Part shown: positions 1 through 12,224 of the stretch, piece after piece | Position numbering within the stretch: position 1 is the first letter of the stretch | Layout: every line of letters starts with the position of its first letter | Source of the DNA: Nemertoderma westbladi | Lineage: Eukaryota > Animalia > Xenacoelomorpha | Length of the DNA: 52,083 nt | Direction of reading: 5' to 3' | Assembly (NCBI GenBank): GCA_032718475.1 | Contig: JAUCBJ010006319.1 | Coordinates: 1-52,083, forward strand | The notes under the pieces: model-generated | Told to the model about the DNA's origin: nothing | Seen by the model: the letters and a program-made list of their open reading frames with translations, nothing else | Databases searched by the model: none | Translations under genes and position numbers: made by a program

Positions 1-356
1 AAAAGATGCATTTTGATAGAAAATCGGTAAGTTGGACATAAACTACAATATTTTCTGAAACTTGGTATGTGTTATCTGAACCACAATCTGGACTGAATCT
101 TTTTTCAAAGGTAAAACCAACAGTTTCAGAGAACTCTAGTTTCCATGGGAATATAAGTTATTTATTGGCAATTGCTACTAAACTAGGCTAAGCAACCTTT
201 GTTTAATTTTCCTTAGCTTCGTGGTTGCATTTCCTTTAGGAAATGCCTTTCTCGTATTGTTTAAAGTGTTTTAAAAAAATGCTTAAAGTGTAACGTTTAA
301 AAGAAAACGTTAGAAAAAATGTGGATTTGAAATAATAGTAATTTATTACTGTATTA

Positions 357-1278
357 CACCATGACCCTTAATATAATGTCATTTTCTGATGACACGGACC
401 CCCCCCCCCCCCCCCCCAAATTTTTCTACAAATCTTTATCATATTGCTTGACATTTGATACTCCACGAGTTCAACTCACCGTGGTTGTTACCATGAAGCC
501 GGAATTTTCGATTTCGCCTTTAATTTTATTTATAAGCGTTTTAAAAAAGTGTCTTTTGCGAAATCGCACCCTCTGTATCATTGCCATTCTTCACTTAGTC
601 GTAATTTTTTCACATCAATAGAAAGCTTGCGTTGCAAGGATTCCAAATATGTAACAATATCTGAATTTCATTGAGAAACAGCTGAGAAATAGGCGTTCAA
701 AAATTGCAAGAATTATTGTTCGCTGCAAGCCATTTATTCTATTTAATAAATACACAAAATTCTAGAACGTGTTATTTATTTTATGAGTTGGTAGGCAACA
801 GCGGTATGCCTATACAATATCTATATTGCGTAGCTAATCATACATAAACAAATTGTTCCAGAATATTGTGTATTTATTAAATAGAATAAATGGCCTGCAG
901 TGAACAATAATTCTTGCAATCTTTGAACGCCTATATCTCAGCTGTTTCTCAACGAAATTCAGACATTGTTCATATTTGGAATCCTTTCAACGCAAGCTTT
1001 CTATTGATGTGAAAAAATTGCGACTAAAGTGAAGAATGGCCACGATACGGAGGGTGCGATTTCGCAAAAGACACTTTTTTAAAACGCTTATAAATAAATT
1101 TTAAAGGCGAAATCGAAAATTCCGGCTTCATGGTAACAACCGCGGTGAGTTGAACTAGTAGTTGTGTTTCAAATTTCAAGCAATATGATAAAGATTTGTA
1201 GAAAAATTTGGGGGGGGGGGGGGGGGGGGGGGGGGGTCCGTGTCATCAGAAAATGACACTTTATTAAGGGTCATGGTG
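357..1278. mobile_element. Palindromic (foldback) non-autonomous DNA transposon/MITE, Tc1/mariner-like
   Basis: The left arm CACCATGACCCTTAAT... is the reverse complement of the right arm ...ATTAAGGGTCATGGTG. The arms pair over about 430 bp up to a centre near 815, and TA flanks both ends (355-356, 1279-1280). Confidence 0.85.
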
Positions 1279-1527
1279 TATTAATTGTAGTATTATTAAT
1301 TAATTGTCCAATTATTAACATTTACTTTTATTTTCAATTAGATTTATCTGAAATCATTCACGAGTTCAGTAGTGACAAGGTAATTGTTGTGTCTTATAAT
1401 TCATTAATTTACCGATATATTTTCAAAATTATATCAGAATCAATCAAAGTCACACATTATTTCTCAGTATCGCAAAATCTCACTACCCAGCGCGTGTACG
1501 CTTTCAGTATGTCAGTCGTAGGGCTAC

Positions 1528-1797
1528 CTACTGTAAATATACCAGATAGGGGGGAAAACTAGACGCTATAAAAATACATCCCTCTCCAGGGGAAATTGGA
1601 CGCAAATAACAGCTGATTACTCTCAAAAATAAAACTGTAACCTGTTCTATTGTGTTTAGTATATTGTTTTGGTTAAAATAACGTGCCACTTTAACCTGCT
1701 CCTTTCCATAAATTGAGAATTTAACATGAGGCGGGATATTAATTCGCCAAGGCGGGTTTTGCGTCCAGATTCCCCTCCTGTCTCAAATATACAGTAG
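1528..1797. mobile_element. Small MITE upstream of EXOSC7
   Basis: Imperfect terminal inverted repeats CTACTGTA...GGGGAAAACTAGACGC and GCGTCCAGATTCCCC...TACAGTAG; no ORF. Confidence 0.55.
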
Positions 1798-2121
1798 AAT
1801 TACTCTTAGTCTATTTAGTCTACATTAGTCTTTTGGTGTAATTTTAGGAAAAAATGATAATTACTTACAGTAGATAAAAATAATTACTTTTTACCAACGA
1901 TTTACTATTCACGATAATACGGACTTTAGTTGTTTAACAACCCAAAGGCTGCAAGGTTGCTTTCGCCATACAGCTCTACAGAATTACAAATTACCCAGTT
2001 ACCTGATTAGCAATTACTGAATTACTGAATTAGGCATACACATCAGCACATGTGTCAGTGTGTAGGCTACACCTAGGACAGTAGGACCCAGATTGCCAGA
2101 CTTCAGACACCCGATGTGAGT

Positions 2122-2407
2122 ATGAGTTGTTTGTTGCTTAGCGATGCAGAGAAATGGTTCACCATCCACGGTGTTCAGGTAGACATGCGGAACGACGGGA
2201 GATCCTGTTTGGACTACCGACCCATTACCGTAGAGACTGGGTTAATGGCCACCTCATCAGGGAGTTCCCATGTTCGTATCGGTCGTTCCACTGATGTTCT
2301 TGCGGTTGTCAAGGCGGAATTATGTGTTCCGGAAAAGTGCCGCCCCAATGAAGGCAAAATCGAATTCTATGTGGATTGCTCAGCTCTGGCTGGTCCTGAA
2401 TTCCAAG
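2122..2407 (+). CDS. EXOSC7: Exosome complex component RRP42, coding exon 1
   Basis: MSCLLLSDAEKWFTIHGVQVDMRNDGR..DYRPITVETG..GSSHVRIG..TDVLAVVKAE..PNEGKIEFYVDCSA..PEFQG matches the RNase PH-like N-terminus of RRP42. Donor GTTAGT at 2408, phase 1. Confidence 0.95.
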
Positions 2408-2746
2408 GTTAGTACCAAGTACGGTCTGATGTGACGGTACAATCAGACAGTAGGCGGTAGGCCTACTTTTAATTTTAATAGATTTGACGATTTATTAAAC
2501 TGATACTGACCGCGTACCGTATGTCTTTAAAATATCTATGTTCATCAAAGTCAGGCCTTCTTACAGGATCTAAGTTCGTTTTACCCTTCTGTAGGCCTAA
2601 AGTTACACTACCGGTATTTAAATTTCATTCATAAATACGTTGCTGCTGTCGGTGTTGAGTGTTCCCCAAATACCGATATCTTTAAGTCGCACCTTTATAA
2701 TTTTGATTTTACCTATTACTGGTACTTTCTTTTCTTTCCCATTCAG

Positions 2747-2958
2747 GTCGTGGCGGAGTGGATTTGAACGTAGAATTGTCTACCTCTCTGAGTCAGTCCT
2801 ACTCCAAATCTCTGGACCTCTCCGTTCTCTCCGTGACACATGGCCTGTACGCCTGGTCTCTGTCGGTCGACATTGTTGTAGTAGAAATGGGCGGTAATTT
2901 ACTCGATGCAGTTTCCTTAGCGGCATTGGCAGCGCTATCAGATTGCCGTTTACCCCAG
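2747..2958 (+). CDS. EXOSC7: Exosome complex component RRP42, coding exon 2
   Basis: Polypyrimidine tract and CAG acceptor ending at 2746; (G)RGGVDLNVELS..WSLSVDIVVVEMGGNLLDAVSLAALAAL..RLPQ; donor GTAAAT at 2959, phase 0. The frame joins exon 1 correctly. Confidence 0.95.
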
Positions 2959-3794
2959 GTAAATTAATAAACGTTGATTAATATTAATTATTTAATTACA
3001 TCCGTCATTGTTCAAGTCTAGGTTAGATAGAACACCCTGAACATTAATTAATATGTTCTTAACAAATTCCTATTGCTTGCAGAATTTCTCATAAAAAAAT
3101 ATACTTTTGAAAGTAAGAAAATAATCCCAAACTAGTTAGAAAGATTTAGAAGTTTCGATTTTTATTTATAAATTTCACATGTTTATAAATAATTTATAAG
3201 CACTGCTTTAAACTTTCAGATTTTTCCTCAAATAATTAATATAATTAATTAATTAATAATAATTTTTCCTCAAATTATTTATTTTTCGAATGAAAAATAG
3301 TAAAATACACGTCGTGGCAACTTGATATTTGTCAATACCAATTATACGCGATATGACGCGTTACACGGGTATCACCACCTAGTATGATTTCGGCACTGAT
3401 AGTTTTTCTTTCATCAGATTTTTTGATTGGGCGATTATTGAAATAGGGTCACACATAGCATCAAAAAATTAACATCAATATGACCAAAAACGGTTTCCAT
3501 ATCCTAAAAGTACAAACAGTATCCAAAGTGTGAATTGGTATGGTTAAGTAAATTATTTGACGGCTTTCGCTTAGAAAAAATACTCGGGATATAAAGTCTC
3601 GTGAAAATTAATCATATAATTGTGCTAATAATTTGCCTTTTTCATATTAATTTAAAATGAATATGATGTGCACTACAACTGTATCATGCAAATTGCAAAT
3701 GCAAGTATATTTTAGAAGCACCACTTCAGTAGACTATTTCACAAACAGAATCTTGCAATTTCAATAATCCTTCCTGCCAAAAAAAAATGTTTTG

Positions 3795-4190
3795 CAAACT
3801 ACTGCTGGAAATTTCGTCAGTCACAGTAAATAATAGTAAAGTTAAGTTATACTGAAACAGAAAGGCTTTCTGGTAAACTTTCTTTTCCACAAATTCAGAT
3901 AATCTCATGACCAAAGTACATGGGAGCAATATTAATGCTATCCGATAAATGGAATACCTAAATTGGAAGCGAACTAAAAAATTCCGTCAGTCACATGTAA
4001 GTCACGGAATTTCACATTAAGGTGGCGAAATTAGGCATTGCCTTTATCTGATATCATTAATATTGCTCATGCATATTGGTCAGGAGAATATCTGAATTTG
4101 GGGTAAATAAAGTTTGATAGAAAGCCTTTGTGTTTCAGAATAAATAAACTTTACTATTATTTTCTGTGACTGACGGAACTTTCAGTAGTG
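3795..4190. repeat. Diverged inverted repeat (old foldback remnant) in EXOSC7 intron 2
   Basis: Arms such as GTCAGTCACAGTAAATAATAGTAAAG and CTTTACTATTATTTCTGTGACTGAC pair around a centre near 3995. The motif CCGTCAGTCAC recurs at about 3984, 4458 and 4624. Confidence 0.7.
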
Positions 4191-4669
4191 AGTAAAACAA
4201 CAATTTAGGAGTGTTGGTAATTTTAACATTTGGCCAGAAAAAATTGAATCTACGTTCCGTAAGTCACATTCCTCGTCACATCCACAGAGTTATAGGTCTA
4301 TTACTGATGTTGTTGGCTGCCTGATGTTAAAAATCTCATGGAATCACCACAAGGGACAGGGCTTTCGGTTTAGCACATTTTAATCACTATTCTCCACAAA
4401 AATCGAACTTTATGCCATGCCAAACCTATGTCATCCAAAAGTGGTCCTAATTGCCTTCCGTCAGTCACGTTTGCGAAATATCTAATATTTTTTATATTAA
4501 CAAACATTACGCCAAGTATTTTTTTCTGGTAATGCACATGGATGAACTCTACCCAAAAATGTATTTGAAAATTTGGCTTGCCATTAACTCGCTCAAGTGA
4601 ACGCAGTTAAGTAATTCGATTTTCCGTCAGTCACATTTTGAATTAATCAATAATCGCCATTGTGGTATC

Positions 4670-5247
4670 TGTTAGCTTATCCAATTCCGCTAACCTACCC
4701 CATAAAGTGAGCCGTTAAGCAATATTGGGAACACGAGGTTGATTACCAATATCAACCTCGTGTCACCCCAACAAAGTGGGAAGGAGAAACAAACGCACAA
4801 TAGGGGTCAGGGGTTACACCCCTGACAGAGAGAGAATAGCAAGGGCGAAGGGAAGCACTTCAGAGGGGGGCAAAGGGTGACAACAGAAGTATTAGCCAAT
4901 GGGGGGGAAGGCACCGGCTGGGTAACGTAACTTGGCCAACCGTGCAATATACATTATCAGTACAGCTATCATTTATTCAGTGTATCATTTATTCAGTGTG
5001 TCATTTAATCAGTTAGTTAGGTTAGTTTAGCTAGGGAAGTACCGGGACTTTAATCACCGTCTTCGATACCCGCCTTCCGTTTACCATCAATATTCTATTG
5101 TCAATTCCGTGTATCATTTATTCATTTATACTATTATACCCGAAGGACTATATACAACGATCAACAAACTCTTTCACCTTTCACACACGGCGGGGACGCG
5201 TAGATTAAAAACCGGATAAACCGGGATCCTCCCTGGATCCCGTCACA
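4670..5247 (-). mobile_element. Solo LTR (578 bp) with 5-bp target-site duplication
   Basis: Starts TGT and ends ACA; identical GTATC at 4665-4669 and 5248-5252; no ORF. AATAAA motifs on the minus strand suggest the orientation. Confidence 0.75.
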
Positions 5248-5250
5248 GTA

Positions 5251-6270
5251 TCCGATGTATAATTTTAGGGTGATTCCGAATCTGAAAGTTGTTTTGTTCT
5301 CGAGTTATGTCTACTTTTGTAATTTTCACCCAAAATTTTGAAATTTTTAATTTTGGTGCAGCACCACATTTCACACAAAAAAAGACCATCAAACACCCAG
5401 AAATTTCGAAATATTTTGCCATTTTCGGAATCAGCGCCGAAAATTAGCCTATAGGTATCAAAACCACAAAAGAAGATTATTTTTGAGAAATTTGAAAAAA
5501 TGTTCACTTTAGGTGCATGTTTGGTCAGTTGTAATCAGGAGGAAATTTAAATGTCATTTTTCTCGCGTTGGCTTTTTTAGGACACTTTTTCTATCTACCT
5601 TTAAACTACTCAACCGATTTTCTTTCTGTTTGCAGAACTATTTAGAGGAGTATTCCGCGCAAAAATTGTGTTGACAGAATTTGGAAATTTTGTTTAAAAA
5701 AAGTTTTGGCATTTTTCGTTTCAAAAATACCGAAAAATAAAAAAAAATCCAAAATTTCGAGATTTTATACATAAAAAAATGCCATAACTTTTTTCAAACA
5801 TAATTTCAAAATTCTGTCAACACAAATTTGGCGCGGAATATTCCTCTACATAATTCTGCAAACAGAACGAAAGTCGGTTGAGTAGTTAAAAAGTAGATAG
5901 AGAAAGTGTCCCAAAAATGCCGATGCGGCGAGAAAAATGACATTTAAATTTCCTCGACTGATTACACCTGACCAAACATGTACCAAACGTGAATAGGCAA
6001 ATTTTCGGCGCTGATTCGAAAATGGCAAAATATTTCTACATTTCTTGGTGTTTGATGATTTTTTTGGTGTCAAATCTGGTGCTGCACCAAAATTAAAAAA
6101 TTTCATATTTTGGGTGAAGATTACAAAAGTTTACATAACTCGAGAACAAAACAACTTATCGAAAAAGTCGATTTCAGATTCGGAATTCCCATAAAATTGT
6201 ACATCGGAAAACGCATTAAAAAATATGATGAAAAAAGACCTGGGGGTGACCCCCCCCCCCCCCCCCCTTA
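5251..6270. mobile_element. Foldback non-autonomous DNA transposon
   Basis: Inverted arms of about 480 bp (TCCGATGTATAATTTT..GTTGTTTTGTTCTCGAGTTATG versus CATAACTCGAGAACAAAACAAC..AAAATTGTACATCGGA), centre near 5740; ends in a poly-C tract plus TTAA. Confidence 0.8.
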
Positions 6271-7687
6271 AAGCAACAACAACAACTTTAATAATGAAAC
6301 AATTTTGAATTCAGTCATATTAAAATTTATAAAGATTAGCTGCCAATATTACATAGTTAGTTGGTTTCGATAGTCTCAAAATAAATTATTTGTTGGTAAA
6401 CAAACTATCCTCCGAGACACTGTTTTATCTAATGCGTAATTTTAACTGCGGTAGGCCTACTGCCTACTGCCTACTGCAAGTAGACTAGTAGAGGAAACTG
6501 TGGTAAGAAATAATTGTCAATACGATGGTATTTTTTATAAATTATCATTAACTTAAAATATTTATACAAATTGTCATGTGGAATATTATTTATTATTACA
6601 AATTATATAGGCCTAATTCAAGCGGTGTATTATAATTAATGATGATTTATTGTGCAATTATATCGATAGCGGGGGGGGGGGGGGGGTAAAGAATTTCAGA
6701 AATTTGTTTTTATTGCACTTAAGAGCAGAATTTAATGGGGATTTCAAATATGAAAAGAGCAATCTGTCTGTCAAAATGTAACATAGAAAAAACCGACCGA
6801 CGGACAGACTAGATTCCACCAAATATTAAAACTGACATCGGAAATGAATTCAGCGACCCCGAAAATATAATTTTATAATAGTGGTGTGCTTCCTTCCTGT
6901 CAGACATTATTTACCAACCAGACCCAATACAGGTAGTTTTGCGCGGGAAGGCTTGAACATTGAAAGCGATCATCTCAGAGTTGGGGAGGGGGGGGGGGGG
7001 GGGTTCTTAATAGAAACACACAATAAATAATTTTCATCAGATTCCACCGGTATGAAATGCGGCATTCAGCATAACTACAGAAATCCATATCTGTCATTAT
7101 TATTGATTATATCCGATCAGAAATATTCAGGATTCGAATTTACGAATATTTGATGCAACCGGGTCTCGAACTTAGTAAATAATAGCACAGCACCACTGCT
7201 CCGACCACTGAGCTAAAATGACGTACTTTCTGCGACTAAAATAGTGGTAGAAAGACTTTCTGTTTCTGCCACTATATTTGTGATAGAAAGTAATGATAGT
7301 GCACGAATGCACTTTCTTGCATTGTTTTCTACAAAGTTTACTGAATTAGTGAATTTTTCAGATAAAAGTATGCCTACTTTACCTTTTCCACCAATTTGAA
7401 AATTATAGTGAAATTACCAATTTTTCTGAAAAAAATTGCCAATATCTTTTTTACTGTGGCCCAATGTTGCTTTGAGGCAACAACAACCTGAAATGCTGTA
7501 GAATTTTTTTTACATTTTTTAATCATACAAATTCATTTTCAAACAAAATAATTATTGCAGAAGAATTGAAAAATATTTTTGTGGGTCAGATATGGCAAAG
7601 AAAAATTACTTTATAAAACATTTTGAAATGTCCAACCCAGCCGCATTACTTTTAGAGGATAATATTATTAAATACTTTATTCACCAG

Positions 7688-8047
7688 GTTAAAATAACAG
7701 TAGACAACGAAGGATTCGAAGAGATTCAACTCTCTGACGATATTTCCACGGCTAGACGTCTAGACCGCTCCAAACTGCCAGTCTACGTGACGGTCAGCAA
7801 ACTGGGCCGCAGTTTCCTTGTGGATTCTAATGCGGACGAGGAGTCCTGCTCCACATCCCGGCTGGTAGTAGCGGTTAACGGCGTCGGTAGACTGTGTCAC
7901 TCCAGGTTGCTAGGAGACGGCAGTCTGAAACCGGAAAGCATCGTAGAAATGACAAACATTGGGAAGTCCGTCGGGGTTGAGTTACATAGACAGATGTTGG
8001 ACTGTTTGAGCCAAAATCAATCTAGTTTAGGATTTCTACACCGGTGA
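7688..8047 (+). CDS. EXOSC7: Exosome complex component RRP42, final coding exon
   Basis: CAG acceptor ending at 7687; VKITVDNEGFEEIQLSDD..LPVYVTVSKLG..VDSNADEESCS..GDGSLKPESIVEM..GKSVG..LGFLHR*. The spliced CDS is 286+212+360=858 nt, i.e. 285 aa. Confidence 0.95.
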   Translation, partial: VKITVDNEGFEEIQLSDDISTARRLDRSKLPVYVTVSKLGRSFLVDSNADEESCSTSRLVVAVNGVGRLCHSRLLGDGSLKPESIVEMTNIGKSVGVELHRQMLDCLSQNQSSLGFLHR

Positions 8048-8753
8048 TGGAATAATTTTAAGTAGCTTAAATAGCCAACATCATGAATTACATTACTATT
8101 TGCAATTGTTTTTATGTAAATATACTTATTTAATACTGTAAAATAACAAACAAGTCGCCAAATAGAATTAATAGTAGTATTATAAAGAACTACAGCTCTA
8201 ATGTTTTATTCTTTAATCCTCTTAATTTATAAAATGCCAACTTGTATTAGTTAGTCGTCGGTTTTCAATAATATTGTGCGGTCGCGTTTCCCGGGATTTC
8301 TTTTGATATTGATGAGCTCAGATGGAAACCTGTTCCAAATTGGAAGAAATCTATGTTTAAATTGCACATTAATTATACCTCGATTGTTTATGGTTAGGCA
8401 GTGATTTTTTATGTCCTTTTATTTGACTTTTTTTGTCATTTTTTTTTACGAATTATTCATAATGACTTTTGTTGTCCTTTTAATGACTTTTATTGTCATT
8501 TTAATGACTTTTTATGTATGTATTTCTTCAAACTGTCAGACTGCTGATTTCTGGACTGTCAGACAGTTGATTTCACTATGCCTGTGCCAAAACATTCCAT
8601 GATTCCATGATTTATAGACTATGAGATAGATTTCCATATGCGCCTGTGGTAAAAAGACTCTATATTTAATAGTTTGTGGTTGTTGTCGATAATCGATTAG
8701 CACATGACGTAGCAAAACACTCATTTTATAGCCAAAAACAATTACCAATTGAT

Positions 8754-9658
8754 GGAAAGGAGCAGGTTAAGGCCGAGTTTTCTAACCAAAACAATAAAGC
8801 GTCACTTTACCAAATCAGGGAAAGGAGCAGGTTACAGAGACGGGATTTTCTAACCAAAACAATAAACGATCACTTAACTAATTGAGGGAAAGGAGCAGGT
8901 TACAGAGGCGGGATTTTCTAACCAAAACAATAAACGATCACTTAACTAATTGAGGGAAAGGAGCAGGTTACAGAGGCGGGATTTTCTAACCAAAACAATA
9001 AACGATCACTTAACTAATTGAGGGAAAGGAGCAGGTTACAGAGGCGGGATTTTCTAACCAAAACAATAAACGATCACTTACCTTATTGAGGGAAAGGAGC
9101 AGGTTACAGAGACGGGATTTTCTAACCAAAACAATAAACGATCACTTAACTAATTGAGGGAAAGGAGCAGGTTACAGAGGCGGGATTTTCTAACCAAAAC
9201 AATAAACGATCACTTAACTTATTGAGGGAAAGGAGCAGGTTACAGAGGCGGGATTTTCTAACCAAAACAATAAACGATTATTTAACTAATTGAGGGAAAG
9301 GGACAGGTTACAGAGGCGGAATTTTCTAACCAAAACAATAAACGATCACTTAACTAATTGAGGGAAAGGAGCAGGTTACAGAGGCGGGATTTTCTAACCA
9401 AAACAATAAACGATCATTTAACTAATTGAGGGAAAGGGGCAGGTTACAGAGGCGGGCCTTTCTAACCAAAACAATAAACGGTCACTTTACCAATTCAGGG
9501 AAAGGAGCAGGTTACAGAGGCGGGATTTTCTAACCAAAACAATAAACGATCATTTAACTAATTGAGGGAAAGGGGCAGGTTACAGAGGCGGGATTTTCTA
9601 ACTAAAACAATAAACGATCATTTAACTAATTGAGGGAAAGGAGCGGGTTACAGAGACG
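8754..9658 (+). repeat. Tandem array, 68-bp unit, about 13 copies
   Basis: Unit GGAAAGGAGCAGGTTACAGAGGCGGGATTTTCTAACCAAAACAATAAACGATCACTTAACTAATTGAG, with a 68-bp period (e.g. 8886, 8954). Confidence 0.97.
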
Positions 9659-10079
9659 ATAAAACTAATACAGTAATAGGCCTAAATTATGTGAAAGGTA
9701 TATCCACATTTTCCACAATCCTGCAATCCAGTTTGGCCTATCAATTATTTAAAATTTATTAGCACAACCGGTAGGCCTACCATTACCGTATTTAAATGGT
9801 AGGCTACACAGTAGGCCTATAGCAGTACCGGTACCGGTACTAAAATACAGAAATACCTGCTTTATACTTACATCTGTACATACAATACAGCAAAATAGTG
9901 CTATATATACTAATACCGGTACTGATAGCCTGAGAGAACAGCAGTAGAGAAACCGGTAGCATGGAACCTAACATTAGACTTTTGGAGGACATAAAAAATA
10001 AAAAAAAAGGACAAAAAAAGGATTTAAACGGACAATAAAAATTATTGCGTTATGGTTATGCATTATATATTACATATAT

Positions 10080-11510
10080 TAAGAATGCTGTGCCGGCTTG
10101 TCGACAAAATTACACCGCCACAACTCCCTATCACCCATGATATTTGCTAGATCATCCGCATCTTCAAGGCCAGTGTCCTTTAAGATGCGTCTCAAGAAAG
10201 TCATGGGCTGTCCACCATGCTTATTCACTCCGTGAGGCCGCCAAAGCACAAGATTATGCACTGGATGGTCCTCACGACGAAAGCAATATTCTGCAAAGCG
10301 GAGGCGGTTCCGTTCAAGTGTTAAGCTAGGGAAGACTTATGAAACACCTCCAATGTTATATAGTGTCTGGTTGGAGATGTGTGCATTGTACTTGACACAA
10401 TGAACCCGGAGTAGCATTCTTGTGAATGTGCCATCCAGAGATTTGGTGTCCTCAGCAGTTAGAGCCCAGCATGGACTCCCATAGAGGAGTACAGGTTCTA
10501 CTGTTGCCGTAAATATTCCAACCATGAGGCTCCGTTTTATTCTATGGGACTTCCAAATTCTATGGGACTTCCAAATCCTGCAAAGACTATTCGATGTTGT
10601 ACTGCTGGTAAGATTATTCTTACCTTGGCCACAATAAGGCTGTGATAACTGGAGAAGGTTCGAATTGTAAACAGAATATGGGACTTGTGATGTGACCCTG
10701 ATGAAATCCTTTCGGTTATTTCGGTTAACACTATCGCTGTAAACCAGTGGCAATGTAGATGAGTGATGTAAACTTGCATTAAAGTATCCCAGGAAAGTTA
10801 AGAATGCATGCTGATCCACTCACTCAGTAGTACAGTAGCTGATTGTAGATTCTGGTAGAATTTATCCACCTCCTCTGCTGGGGCAACAATAGTTGGAGAA
10901 TAGCACACAATCATAACCAAACCACCTTAGGAAACTTCTTAGCCAGTCTTTCAGAACATGGGAAGTGGCAACGGATGATGCGGTTGGAGATTTGGTCTAT
11001 TTTGTCCAAATGCTACATGTGCAGTTGGATTCATCAATAGACCAATTCCACCATTGCCACTATCATCTGCCGATGTGAGGGCAAGACGACAACCGCCCCC
11101 CATTTCCTTAATCAGAACCTCATCAGTCTGTCCAGTCCGTATATTAGGTGCTCTTGAATTCCCATTGCGTTAAGGCAAAGTTTATCTGCCAAGGCAGTCT
11201 GCTCACCTTGTCGCATTGGGGACCCGATTGTTAGGGTGTTAACTGAGGGTAAGTCTAGTGACTTGCCTCAGATTCATCAATGGCTTGGTTGGTCGGGGTG
11301 GAACATGAGAGTAGCCTCCAACTCCAGAATCCCTCTCCACCTCACAATCTGGCCTAATTGGAGATGATAGCACTCTACTACAGTATAGCCTATTAGAACG
11401 CCAACTAATTGGGTGATTGACAGCTTAAAGTACAGTAGATGCCGCTGCATCAGAAGGTGGCAGACATCAATTGAATTATGGCAGTGGTTCTCCCCTACCA
11501 ATGCCATCAA
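10080..11510 (-). mobile_element. Decayed, internally deleted RTE-type LINE (same family as 19334-21128)
   Basis: Minus-strand peptides DQHAFLTFLG..NASLH (APE endonuclease), IFTATVEPVLLYGS..W.LT..LDGTFTRMLLR and LVLWRPHG (RTE C-terminus). The DNA matches the reverse complement of about 19500-20450 and is co-linear with 23010-23225. Confidence 0.85.
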
Positions 11511-11623
11511 CACCTGAGATTTCGTTTTGTTATTTTTTACTACGTATCTGTGTGTTCTATTACTGTATATTATTTCATTCGCTAATGCTAAGCACCTTAA
11601 GCCAAAACTAACCAAACAAACTT

Positions 11624-11930
11624 GTGTCTAATGCTGATGATGGTGACAAAGATCCCTTCGAAGTCTTGCAGTGTGACACACTTGCACCATTCTTATTCGT
11701 AATTGTGGTTGAATATGTTCTACGTATCTCATTAGACCATCTTAATAAAGATTGGGTGATGCTAGTAACACCCCCCACTGGCACAAGAAGTATAGGAATT
11801 CCTGCTACGTATCTTACTGATCTAAACTTTGCTGATGACATAGCCATAGGGGTAATGTTAGAATCACTGGCTCATTAGAGCTGATTGCTTATCTTGTTGG
11901 TCTATTTCTAAACTCCAAGAAGACCAAAAT
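11624..11930 (+). mobile_element. LINE reverse transcriptase core fragment
   Basis: VLQCDTLAPFLFVIV (degenerate QGD motif) and LTDLNFADDIA, typical of RTE-type RT. Confidence 0.8.
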
Positions 11931-12224
11931 TACAACCGAATTTTAGAGCCCCAGCTAACGGGCCAAAGTGAAATATGTTGTATAATTTTCTGAGCTGAGC
12001 CATTTAGACACGTAGCGACATAGACTGGCAGAGACTATCAGACAATACATTACCTGTACCAGTACACTCAGTGGCGTGGTGGGACCCAGTGAGGTTCCCG
12101 GGAAATCCCAAAATGAGGGCCCATTTATAAATTCCAGATCACCTCTAATTTTGACCACCCCCACCCCCCCCCCCCCCACATCCCCCCAACCCCCATCATC
12201 ATGCAAAAATATTTCTTGAATAAT

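Noticed and set aside
7592-7687. ATG at 7592 as the start of a separate 151-aa gene
   Set aside because: The first 32 codons are intronic; RRP42 homology starts at the acceptor at 7688.
8754-9658. CRISPR-like array
   Set aside because: Units are contiguous and near-identical with no unique spacers; the context is eukaryotic with no cas genes. The same applies to the 36-bp and 24-bp arrays.
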